From positions 64,045 to 128,044 of IMG/VR virus record IMGVR_UViG_3300042327_001260: a stretch of 64,000 nucleotides of DNA; one strand, given 5' to 3'. The position numbers and the translations under genes are program-made. Shown here in pieces: positions 18,665-27,353 of the stretch. This stretch comes from a virus (lineage: Duplodnaviria; Caudoviricetes). Positions within the stretch are counted from its first letter, which is position 1. Each line of letters starts with the position of its first letter. The notes under the pieces are model-generated. The model searched no databases and had not been told where the DNA came from. It saw only the letters and a program-made list of their open reading frames with translations.

Positions 18665-19142
18665 CATTATTAAAGTAAATCCTTTCTTTGGTTCCTACAA
18701 TTTGTTTATACCACTTATTTTTCTCGTCCATCCAAACATAAGGATCTTCAGGATTTTCATCCCAACCATGTTTCGAGTAATATTCATTATCTTTACGTAA
18801 TAGATTTGCTCTGTGAGACGAATGGAACTCTTCGTTACCCAACCAATGTGGTAATACAAATTCACCGTCAATTGTCTCGTATTCCATGTTATTTTTAAAT
18901 CCACGCGATTTCCAAACATCAATACAATCATTGTAGTATTGTTTAAGTGCATTTACATAGTCTCTCCACATAACAGAACAAGGATGTGATGTCCACCCTT
19001 TATATGGTTGTCCGTTCTTTTTTGGTCTACCTGTGATGGCTGAAATAATTTGATAAGCCTCAACACGTTGCTTACCTAAACGTTTGTTGTCTAATGACTC
19101 TAATGATTTTCTAAAATCAGAATATGGAAGAAATGTTTGCAT
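18624..19142 (-). CDS. Pyrimidine-dimer DNA glycosylase family protein (MSMEG_6728/DenV-like); start revised
   Basis: MQTFLPY..LDNKRLGKQRVEAYQI..HPCSVMW..PHWLG..FHSSHRANLLRKD. Confidence 0.88.
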   Translation of the reverse strand: MQTFLPYSDFRKSLESLDNKRLGKQRVEAYQIISAITGRPKKNGQPYKGWTSHPCSVMWRDYVNALKQYYNDCIDVWKSRGFKNNMEYETIDGEFVLPHWLGNEEFHSSHRANLLRKDNEYYSKHGWDENPEDPYVWMDEKNKWYKQIVGTKERIYFNNVTYNKILDPQMSL

Positions 19143-19147
19143 ATATA

Positions 19148-19178
19148 CAAATTTACATATATTTATTAATATTACAAA
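19148..19178 (-). promoter_or_regulatory. Bacteroidota primary-sigma promoter
   Basis: TTTG-N19-TAAATTTG, ending 5 nt before ATG 19142. Confidence 0.8.
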
Positions 19179-19185
19179 ATTTTTT

Positions 19186-20478
19186 ATGAAGATTATTTTA
19201 ACAGAAAACCAAATAAAACAACTACAGTTAGAAATTAATAGAAAAAAAACTAATGATAAAATAATTGAAGAAATTAAGTTTATCAAAAAAGTTCTTTTTT
19301 CTTATACTAATACGTCCACACAATCAGAAAAGGATAAATTAAAATTTGTTGAAAAATATATAAATGAGATAAATTCTAAATTAGGAATTCATAATAATCT
19401 TTTTGAGGTTAAAAAAAATAACATTTACATTAACGAGAATACCGTAAAAAGTAAAATTAAAAACTCGTTTAATTTAATTGAGAGCAGAATTAATAACCTT
19501 GGTTTAATTAAAGAGGCGGGAGAAGTTGTAAATCCTATACAACAAGTTGATTTTGGAACCCAAACTCCTGAAACCGTAAAATCAGATACAGAAATTGCTT
19601 CTGATAATGATGTTGCGGAATTTTGGGCGAAATGTGGAATATCCGAACCTAAAGCTGAAGATTCAATTGAATTTAAAGACAAGCAAATTGGTAAATGTTT
19701 TAATAAAATAATAAAAGATGATCCAAGTTACCAAAACGCATTTCAAAAAGGGTGGAGTAACTTAAAAGATTCAGGATTATTAATGAGTGGTGCAACAATT
19801 GCTGCTAAATATTTTGGGTTTAAATTAAAAGAAAAAAAAGAAGAGAAAGAAGGCACAAAACCAGCAGAAGGGAATAAATTTTTAAATTGGATAAAAAGTT
19901 TTAAATGGTCAGCATTTTTTGAAGGGTTAAGAAATGTTTTACAAAGTTCAGGAGGACAATTAATTCAAAAGTTTCTTTCATCAACAGGTATAGGGGCGAT
20001 TGGGGTTACCGCAGCATGGGGAATTGTTACTCTTTATGATATTTGGAATTTGATAAAAGGTACAGGTAATTGGTTTAATTTAATTATTGATATTGTATCA
20101 ATTGCTAGTGGTGGTTGGATTGGTAATAAGTTATCTACATTAAAAAACATGGTTGCAAATAACATAGACGATGTTGTAAAAACAATATCAAAAAATAAAA
20201 ATGTAAGGGCGATTATAAAACCTGTGTTAAAACAAATTTCTAATTTAGATAGTTGGTTAAAAAGTACTATGGAATGGGCTAAAAAGAAATTAAATGCCGA
20301 TTGGTTAGGTGAAGCGGGAAGTAGTGTAAGTACCGTTACCACTGACTTATCTTCAAAATTAGAGACTGAAATTGCAAAGGCTGAAAGTGAAGAAAAAACC
20401 GGAGGTGAGGAAATACCTCCACCACCTACAAATACAAGTAATGAGGAAATACCTCCACCACCCACGAGTAATGGGTAA
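19186..20478 (+). CDS. Leader-bearing membrane protein with C-terminal EIPPPPT repeats (start revised)
   Basis: Leader MKIILTENQIKQL; Gly-rich hydrophobic hairpin; two EEIPPPPT copies. Confidence 0.8.
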   Translation: MKIILTENQIKQLQLEINRKKTNDKIIEEIKFIKKVLFSYTNTSTQSEKDKLKFVEKYINEINSKLGIHNNLFEVKKNNIYINENTVKSKIKNSFNLIESRINNLGLIKEAGEVVNPIQQVDFGTQTPETVKSDTEIASDNDVAEFWAKCGISEPKAEDSIEFKDKQIGKCFNKIIKDDPSYQNAFQKGWSNLKDSGLLMSGATIAAKYFGFKLKEKKEEKEGTKPAEGNKFLNWIKSFKWSAFFEGLRNVLQSSGGQLIQKFLSSTGIGAIGVTAAWGIVTLYDIWNLIKGTGNWFNLIIDIVSIASGGWIGNKLSTLKNMVANNIDDVVKTISKNKNVRAIIKPVLKQISNLDSWLKSTMEWAKKKLNADWLGEAGSSVSTVTTDLSSKLETEIAKAESEEKTGGEEIPPPPTNTSNEEIPPPPTSNG

Positions 20479-20517
20479 CTTTTTTAATAAACGATATATT
20501 TATAATAAAAAACTAAA

Positions 20518-21339
20518 ATGAGAAAAAATAATTTATATTTAGAAAAATTAATTAGGAGAGCAATAATGGAACAAGATGAAATTCCTGCTCCACCCGCAGG
20601 TGCAACAGGAGACGATGTTCCACCACCACCAACACAATCCACTGTAACATATAATATTATAGGTGCAGATGGTAAAACCGACCCAACAAAGTATACTGCG
20701 GATCAATTAAAAGGTAAAAATTTAACGGCAGACTCGTATGTTTATAACAAAACATTAGGGGCATGGAAACAATTAAAAGATGTTCCTGAATTAAATAATG
20801 TGATAGCAGCTAGTGGTGGGTCAACACCAACAAATAAAGGTAATGAAAGTGTTAGTGATAACGCAACTATGGATCAACCAATTGAGGGGGCCCAAAAATC
20901 TTTTATGGAGTATTGTCCAAACGCAAAAAGACTTAGAGACACCACTCTAAACGCATATAATAAACAAATGGAGGGTGAATTAGGTAGTGTTGCCGATGTT
21001 GAGGAGGTAAATACGATATATGATAAATATACGGGTTACCAAGGACAATTTGATAAAGATAAATTTTTAAAACCTTGTATGGATGAACTTAAAGTTACCC
21101 TTAAAGGTCAACCTGAGTTAATACAAAAATTCCAATCGGCATTTGGTAAATGGATGGCTAAAGATGGTAAAGAATTAGCCAAAAAGGCATTAAGTGCGGG
21201 TGGTAACGTTTTATTAAATTTAGCAAATAAGGCTCTACAGGCTAAAGGTTTGGGTTCATTAACCGAACACAGAATTAGAAAAAACACAAAAAGTCATTTA
21301 ATTGAAATTTATAATTTAAAAAATAGAAGAAGATACTAA
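20518..21339 (+). CDS. Leader-bearing protein with GYF_2/DUF4339-like domain
   Basis: YNIIGADGK..YTADQLKGKNLTADSYVYNKTLGAWKQLKDVPEL. Confidence 0.7.
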   Translation: MRKNNLYLEKLIRRAIMEQDEIPAPPAGATGDDVPPPPTQSTVTYNIIGADGKTDPTKYTADQLKGKNLTADSYVYNKTLGAWKQLKDVPELNNVIAASGGSTPTNKGNESVSDNATMDQPIEGAQKSFMEYCPNAKRLRDTTLNAYNKQMEGELGSVADVEEVNTIYDKYTGYQGQFDKDKFLKPCMDELKVTLKGQPELIQKFQSAFGKWMAKDGKELAKKALSAGGNVLLNLANKALQAKGLGSLTEHRIRKNTKSHLIEIYNLKNRRRY

Positions 21340-21345
21340 AAATTT

Positions 21346-21374
21346 AAAACCCACTTAAAAGAGTGGGTTTTTTA
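21346..21374 (+). terminator. Intrinsic terminator, copy 1
   Basis: AAAACCCACTTAAAAGAGTGGGTTTTTT. Confidence 0.85.
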
Positions 21375-21433
21375 TTTACATAAATAAAAAAAATAGATAT
21401 ATATTATAAAAATAAACTTTAACCTATAAAAAA

Positions 21434-21598
21434 ATGAAAAAATTATTTATTCTTTCTTTATCATTTTTTATGACAATCTCTCTTTTGACGGCTTGTGGTG
21501 AAAAAGGAACAGGAAACGCAACTGAAGAAGTAACAAAAGAATGTTGCGACTCAACAAAGAATTGTACAACAAACGTGGCAGATACTTTAACTAAGTAA
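21434..21598 (+). CDS. Small Cys-rich lipoprotein, 54 aa (not in ORF track)
   Basis: MKKLFILSLSFFMTISLLTA-CGEKGTG...ECCDSTKNC..; lipobox LTAC. Confidence 0.85.
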   Translation: MKKLFILSLSFFMTISLLTACGEKGTGNATEEVTKECCDSTKNCTTNVADTLTK

Positions 21599-21619
21599 TT
21601 TGAACGTGTCCTAAAAAAG

Positions 21620-21649
21620 AAAACCCACTTCAAAAGAGTGGGTTTTTTA
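21620..21649. terminator. Bidirectional terminator, copy 2, between the lipoprotein and tmRNA
   Basis: AAAACCCACTTCAAAAGAGTGGGTTTTTT. Confidence 0.85.
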
Positions 21650-21651
21650 AT

Positions 21652-22060
21652 TGGTGGACCTAGAGGGCTCCGACTCCCTCGTCCGGCTCATCTTGTTTAA
21701 AAGACGACTACATGTTTAGGTTGGAGTTTTCTAACCCCCCAAAATATTTGATTTTTAACTTGATCGAAAACAAGGTTAGTTTGTTCTTCACTATCGTAAA
21801 CCAACAACCAATAGACGACTCGATTTTGGGTTCAGTCGTATTCCACCTTAGTCACTTCTGTTCCTGAGCGTATGTGAACCGGCTCGCGTATCCGTAAACT
21901 TCTTAAGCTACAGTTACTTCTTGAGTTGAGATTAGACCCAAAGTCTCAAGGTTGTTTAGCACATTGCCATTTGTAGTGTGAATCAGTTTTTAACGAGATT
22001 AATTCAGTCCCGACATGCTTCTTTTATTCAACCAATGCCCGTCAAATCCAATATAGGCCC
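21652..22060 (-). ncRNA. ssrA: tmRNA (409 nt), predicted tag (A)GNVLNNLETLGLISTQEVTVA*
   Basis: 5' end GGGCCTATATTGGATTTGAC pairs with 3' TAGGTCC-ACCA and contains G3.U. GCATG/CATGT helix; tag ORF at 21968-21903. Confidence 0.92.
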
Positions 22061-22093
22061 CTATATCGTAATTTTATTTTCAAAGAACTTATA

Positions 22094-22124
22094 CAAAGAT
22101 AATACATTTGTTTTGATTATCCAA
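22094..22124 (-). promoter_or_regulatory. Bacteroidota primary-sigma promoter for tmRNA
   Basis: TTG-N20-TATCTTTG. Confidence 0.75.
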
Positions 22125-22137
22125 TATATTTATAAAT

Positions 22138-23274
22138 ATGTTAAGAAAAAAATTTATTTTTGAAAATGATGAAAATGACGATGAAAACGAAAAATCGGAT
22201 TTTCAAAAAATATTAGATTTAAATAAAAAAAGAGTTCATTACTCTGACGTTTATTTTGAAACATCGGAAGGTGAAGATTTTTCAGATTATATTGAAACAT
22301 CCCAAGACGGTTTAATTTTTACTTTTGATGGTGTAGGTGATTATTTAAAGTTTTTTTTTCCTGATGAATATGGGGATGATAATAGTGATGGTGGATATGA
22401 TAGAAGTAACTATGAATGGATGTATAGTGGTCGTTGGAATTGGTACGATGAGTTCTATGATAGAACATCTGATGATTGGGGTGAGGGGTATATTGTTGAT
22501 GCATTTAAATCTGAACATATTGAAATCCTTGAAAAAATGGCAACTATCGCGTCTCCAAGTATTTTAAAATACATAGAAAAAAGTAAAAAGGGTTGGAGTA
22601 TAACAGAAAATAAACCTGTCGTTGATTTTTTATCATCAATTGGTTTAGAAGATACCTTAATAGACATATTCATTGATGCACAGGTGGCTGCGGTAGAAAA
22701 TGAGGTGGTTAAAGGAATTGAAAGTACCTATTGTAATTGTTTAACTGATGTTGGAATTGAAAGATATTCAAATAAGTATTGTTTTTGGAAATACGAACTA
22801 GATTGGGGTTCAGCAATTTTACTTTTTGTACGTTTTGGAACTGAAAATGATAGACTTTTAGATTTATTATTTGAGGCAATTAAAAAAACAAGCGTTTCGC
22901 ACCTTCCTGAATATTATGAAATGCAACATTACTTTTGGAATAGGGACGAATTTGATTCGGTATGGATACCAAAAATTAAAAAAGTTTTAGAAGATAAATT
23001 AGAAGAGTTAGAAGAAAATATAGATAATAAAGAATATTATGAGGTTTTAGATAAAGTCATTTCTATTGGTGGAATACAAGATTGGATTAGTACTAAAGAT
23101 AAAAAACACGAAATTTATATTAGAGGAATTGATCCAGAAACATTAAAAATAACCTATAATATTAGAGAAAAAAATAAATGGGGTGGTTCTAATAAAGAGG
23201 GTATTACCGACATAGATTCTATTTTGAATATATTAAACGTTGGCTCCCTCTTCGATAGAATGGATTATAGATAA
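22138..23274 (+). CDS. Acidic hypothetical protein
   Basis: 378 aa ORF preceded by TATTTAT. Confidence 0.85.
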   Translation: MLRKKFIFENDENDDENEKSDFQKILDLNKKRVHYSDVYFETSEGEDFSDYIETSQDGLIFTFDGVGDYLKFFFPDEYGDDNSDGGYDRSNYEWMYSGRWNWYDEFYDRTSDDWGEGYIVDAFKSEHIEILEKMATIASPSILKYIEKSKKGWSITENKPVVDFLSSIGLEDTLIDIFIDAQVAAVENEVVKGIESTYCNCLTDVGIERYSNKYCFWKYELDWGSAILLFVRFGTENDRLLDLLFEAIKKTSVSHLPEYYEMQHYFWNRDEFDSVWIPKIKKVLEDKLEELEENIDNKEYYEVLDKVISIGGIQDWISTKDKKHEIYIRGIDPETLKITYNIREKNKWGGSNKEGITDIDSILNILNVGSLFDRMDYR

Positions 23275-24324
23275 TTAATTAGATAATAGTCTTTCTCTAA
23301 TAATTTCATATAGAGCAGGTAAATCATCGTCTGACACAAAAAAAGGATTACCGTCAAAACCGTCAATTAAGTATAAACCATCTTTATCTTCAATAACATC
23401 GATAGTTTCAAGATTGTGAATTGTTTCGGTTTCTTCATCCTCATAGTCATCATCATATTGTAAAAGTGAGTTCATTACCGTTTGAGGTGTGTAAACAATT
23501 GGTTTATAAACGTATTCGTATTTTTTATACCCAAGTTCTTTAACCATGTTTTTTCCGGCATCAATTGCACATTTAACATCATCAATAGATACAAACTCTT
23601 GGTTTGAGTGCATATTGTAATATCCACAAGACATGTTAATACAAGAAACGTCAGCCTTTTTCTTTAACTGTGATACGTCAGTGTATGGGTGAGATTGAAC
23701 CAACATTTCATTACCAAAAGAATTTTCAATTGCTGACAATGATTTTGTAAAGAATTCACTTTCACGATCAAACAAACGAACTCCCGAGCAAATCTCGGAT
23801 ATTAAATGATTGCCAGGGGCATCGTATTGAGTAATATAACCAACATCTTTTAAAAAATCTTCATCACATTTTGATGATCCGTGACAACCCGTTTCTTCAC
23901 TAACAAACAAACCAATTTTTACTTTATCTAATTGTTTTAAAAGTTCTAAACAAATAAAAATGCCACATTTGTCATCTCCACCTATACCTGTTGGGTTGCC
24001 GTCTTCAGTATATGCCTTTAGACATGAAACCTCATCTGTACCAAATGATTTACCAAAGGTGTTTGGTCTAACAAGACTTTCTTCTTTTACAACAATTTTA
24101 TCTACTTTTTGGTGAACGGTATCTGTGTGGGCTATAAACATTGGGTAGAACTCCCCTTCTGAGAGTTCACCCTTTGTTGCGTAGACATTCATCATATTGT
24201 CTCGATAGAAAGACACGCCTGGAATGTTTTCAAGTTCATGGCAAAGATATTCAACCATATCCTCTTCTTGATATGTTTTTGATGGTACTGATAATAATTC
24301 CTTAAATTTTTCTAAATTGTACAT
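23275..24324 (-). CDS. M28/M20/M42-type zinc peptidase (start revised to MYNLEK)
   Basis: AHTDTVH, GGDDKCG, SEETG, QYD and GYYNMH motifs. Confidence 0.85.
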   Translation of the reverse strand: MYNLEKFKELLSVPSKTYQEEDMVEYLCHELENIPGVSFYRDNMMNVYATKGELSEGEFYPMFIAHTDTVHQKVDKIVVKEESLVRPNTFGKSFGTDEVSCLKAYTEDGNPTGIGGDDKCGIFICLELLKQLDKVKIGLFVSEETGCHGSSKCDEDFLKDVGYITQYDAPGNHLISEICSGVRLFDRESEFFTKSLSAIENSFGNEMLVQSHPYTDVSQLKKKADVSCINMSCGYYNMHSNQEFVSIDDVKCAIDAGKNMVKELGYKKYEYVYKPIVYTPQTVMNSLLQYDDDYEDEETETIHNLETIDVIEDKDGLYLIDGFDGNPFFVSDDDLPALYEIIRERLLSN

Positions 24325-24341
24325 CTTTTTTATCTTTTTTA

Positions 24342-24373
24342 CAAATATAACATATTTATATTTAAAATACAAA
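24342..24373 (-). promoter_or_regulatory. Bacteroidota primary-sigma promoter
   Basis: TTTG-N20-TATATTTG. Confidence 0.8.
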
Positions 24374-24377
24374 TATT

Positions 24378-25034
24378 ATGAAAAGAATTATAAGATTAAC
24401 AGAATCTGATTTAACAAGAATTGTTAGAAGAGTTCTAAGAGAAAGTGAGGATTCGGCAATGGCTATCGGAGATGATCCGAAAGAGTTTCACAGACATAGT
24501 GATGGAGGAAATCCAGGAATTGAGAAATTTTTAATGAATCCCCTTGATGAGGCAATCGCCGATGAATTAGAACAACAACTTGAAAATGACCCGTACGCTA
24601 AAAATACAAAAAGTAATTTAGGTAAGGGTACAGGTAAAATGATGATTGAATTTAATTATAAAATGATGAGTCCTGTTGAATTTATTGATCAAGTTCAAGA
24701 AGACGCAAAAGAAGGTATTTGTCACACAATAACATCTTATGAGTATAATAATAGACTTTTAAAAAGTACCCTTATTAAAGTAAGAACAAACGAAGGACAA
24801 TGTGCTAAAGCCGGATCATCTACAAAACCTAAAAAAACCACTAAGGCTTGTAAACATTCTACAAAACAAGTTGTATTGGATAATGTGAAAGGATTCCAAA
24901 GATGGTGTATTAGTTCAGGTAACTACTACGCAGAATATACTGATGGATCAACTTCTAAATGTTCAAAAGTTGACGGTATAATAGGTTGTTGTACCGCCAC
25001 ATGTTACGCAAAAACAAGAAATAAAGATTACTAA
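24378..25034 (+). CDS. Leader-bearing protein with Cys-rich, peptidoglycan-binding-like C-terminus
   Basis: Leader MKRIIRLTESDLTRIVRRVLRE; VKGFQ...KVDGIIG..T. Confidence 0.75.
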   Translation: MKRIIRLTESDLTRIVRRVLRESEDSAMAIGDDPKEFHRHSDGGNPGIEKFLMNPLDEAIADELEQQLENDPYAKNTKSNLGKGTGKMMIEFNYKMMSPVEFIDQVQEDAKEGICHTITSYEYNNRLLKSTLIKVRTNEGQCAKAGSSTKPKKTTKACKHSTKQVVLDNVKGFQRWCISSGNYYAEYTDGSTSKCSKVDGIIGCCTATCYAKTRNKDY

Positions 25035-25046
25035 AATATTTAAAAC

Positions 25047-25077
25047 AAAATCCCCATTTAAAAGTGGGGATTTTTTT
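25047..25077. terminator. Bidirectional terminator
   Basis: AAAATCCCCAT-TTAAAA-GTGGGGATTTT between convergent genes. Confidence 0.85.
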
Positions 25078-27115
25078 ATGCTTTTAATTTTCTTTTTGTT
25101 GGTTTTTTAATCTTAACCTCGGTTTTTTTATCTTTTTCATTATAAGACAATAAAAACTTAGAACCTTTTTCAGGATTATCCGATATAATCTTATCAGTTA
25201 CAGCATCATCAACCCATTTTTGAATTGTTCTTTTTAGAATTCTAGCCCCGAACCTTGTATCTGTACCAACACCAATTATATGTTTTTTAAGTGTTTCATC
25301 AACTTCTAATTCAAAATCAATAGATTCTATTCTTTTGTAAACTTTAACAAGTTCTAATTCAACAATTTTCATTAAATCGTCCTCATTTAAATCTTTAAAA
25401 TAAATAATTTCATCAAATCTATTAATAAACTCAGGTGCAAATTTTTTGAATAACTCCTTTTCCAACACGGATTTAATTTCTTCGTCCTTTTGTTCTTGTT
25501 TTGAGTTTGTTGAAAACCCTACGCCCGTACCATATTGTTGTACTACTCTTGTACCTACGTTTGATGTCATCAAAATAATACAATTTTTGAAGTTAATTTT
25601 TCTACCATGTCCATCAGTTAAAAATCCTTCATCTAACATTTGTAAAAATACGTTAAATATTTCGGGGTGAGCCTTTTCAATCTCGTCTAACAAAATTACA
25701 GAATACGGTTTGTTTTTAATTTTATTTAAAAACGGGGAACCATCCTCATATCCAACATAACCTGGAGAAGTTCCCGTTAGTTTTGATGTTGCGATTTTAT
25801 CTGAAAACTCACTCATATCTAATCTTATAAGTGCATCTTCGGTATTAAACATATGTTTAGCTAACTGTTTTGCTAATTCTGTCTTACCAACACCTGAATT
25901 ACCAATTAATAAACCACTAAAGATTGGTTTTTTTGGATCATTCAAACCTACTTTATTTCTTTGTATTGCTCTTGATATTTTACTTATTGCATCATTTTGT
26001 CCAACAACTTTATTACTAAGAGTTTTTTTTAAGGTTTTTAATTGTTCCGTTTCGTCGTTTGTTATTTTATTGATTGGTATTTTTGTCATTAAAGATACGA
26101 CATCGTAGACAACCTCCTCAGTAACCTCTCTTTTATATAAGTTTCTATTTTTTTCAAATTCGTCCTTTTCTCTTTGTAAATCAGACAAAACTTTACGTTC
26201 CTTATCTCTAAGATTTGCAGCCTCTTCATATTTTTGGCTGTTAATTACCTTAACCTTTTCTTTTTTAATATCTTCCGCCTGCCTTTTTAAGTTCTCAATA
26301 ATTTCAGGTAATTTAATTTCAACTTGTGATCTAGCACCAACCTCATCAATAATATCAAACGCCTTATCAGGAAATTCTCTATCTGTGATATATCTATCGG
26401 CTAATTCAACACATAGTTTTAAAATATCATCACTATATTTTACTTTATGGTGATTCTCATATCTTTCTTTTGAGTTTTGAAGTATCTCTAACGTCTCTTC
26501 TTTTGTTGAAGGGTCAACCATAACTTTTTGGAATCTTCTTTCAAGGGCTCCGTCCTTCTCGATGTTTTTTCTATATTCTTCTAATGTAGTTGCTCCAATA
26601 CATTGTAATTCACCACGAGAAAGTGCGGGTTTAAATATGTTAGATGCATCCATAGAACCTGAAGAGTTTCCTGCACCAATCATTGTATGTATTTCATCAA
26701 TGAAAATAATAATATCAGGGTTCGCATAAAGTTCTTCAATAATAACTTTCATACGTTCTTCAAACTGTCCTCTATATTTTGTTCCTGCAACAATAGAAGT
26801 CATATCTAAAGAAACAATCCTTTTTCCTGATAAATTTTGCGGACAGTCCCCTTCAAAAATCTTTTTAGCTAACCCCTCAACAATCGCAGTTTTACCACAA
26901 CCAGGTTCACCAAGAATTATAGGGTTATTTTTTTTCCTTCTTGATAGAATCTGAGCAATCCGATTAATTTCATTCTCTCTTCCAACAACAGGATCTAATT
27001 TACCTTCTTCTGCTAATTTGATTAAATCCCTTGAAAAATTATCAAGTACTGGGGTTTTTGTTGATCCGTCTTGGGATTTCTTCGGTTTTTCGTTACCGTC
27101 TACTGACTCTATCAT
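25076..27115 (-). CDS. clpC: ClpC-type AAA+ unfoldase lacking the N-terminal Clp-repeat domain
   Basis: Two Walker A motifs (GEPGCGKT, GNSGVGKT), GTKYRGQFEER pore loop, UVR coiled coil, VGF ClpP-docking loop. Confidence 0.92.
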   Translation of the reverse strand: MIESVDGNEKPKKSQDGSTKTPVLDNFSRDLIKLAEEGKLDPVVGRENEINRIAQILSRRKKNNPIILGEPGCGKTAIVEGLAKKIFEGDCPQNLSGKRIVSLDMTSIVAGTKYRGQFEERMKVIIEELYANPDIIIFIDEIHTMIGAGNSSGSMDASNIFKPALSRGELQCIGATTLEEYRKNIEKDGALERRFQKVMVDPSTKEETLEILQNSKERYENHHKVKYSDDILKLCVELADRYITDREFPDKAFDIIDEVGARSQVEIKLPEIIENLKRQAEDIKKEKVKVINSQKYEEAANLRDKERKVLSDLQREKDEFEKNRNLYKREVTEEVVYDVVSLMTKIPINKITNDETEQLKTLKKTLSNKVVGQNDAISKISRAIQRNKVGLNDPKKPIFSGLLIGNSGVGKTELAKQLAKHMFNTEDALIRLDMSEFSDKIATSKLTGTSPGYVGYEDGSPFLNKIKNKPYSVILLDEIEKAHPEIFNVFLQMLDEGFLTDGHGRKINFKNCIILMTSNVGTRVVQQYGTGVGFSTNSKQEQKDEEIKSVLEKELFKKFAPEFINRFDEIIYFKDLNEDDLMKIVELELVKVYKRIESIDFELEVDETLKKHIIGVGTDTRFGARILKRTIQKWVDDAVTDKIISDNPEKGSKFLLSYNEKDKKTEVKIKKPTKRKLKA

Positions 27116-27353
27116 AGTTATTTATTTTTTAAATATTAAACATAACCTAAATAATAATCAATCAATTATTTTAATTTGTATATTTGTCAGTAAATATGAC
27201 ATTTTGTCAGTATTTTAATTTTGTTATTTATTTAGTAAAAAATTATACCAAAATAAAACAATTAAAATAAAAATATCACATTGGTGATGGTATTAATCTG
27301 CTTTAAAAGTGGACTTTTCGTTTTATTTACATATTTATTTTAAAAAAAACATT

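Noticed and set aside
19084-19286. Long overlapping N-terminal extensions of the divergent 18624 and 19084 ORFs
   Set aside because: Promoter motifs and family N-termini place the starts at 19142 (-) and 19186 (+), removing the overlap. The same logic was applied at 4348, 24372, 27309, 46723 and 50220.
21424-21633. 69-aa minus-strand ORF from the track
   Set aside because: It is the antisense shadow of the + strand lipoprotein at 21434-21598 and starts inside a terminator.
21652-21690. Possible tRNA gene (CCA end, T-arm-like stem)
   Set aside because: The matching 5' strand is about 400 nt away and there is no anticodon arm; this is the tmRNA tRNA-like domain.
21978-22163. 61-aa + strand ORF
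   Set aside because: Antisense to the tmRNA 5' end and its promoter; no coding features.
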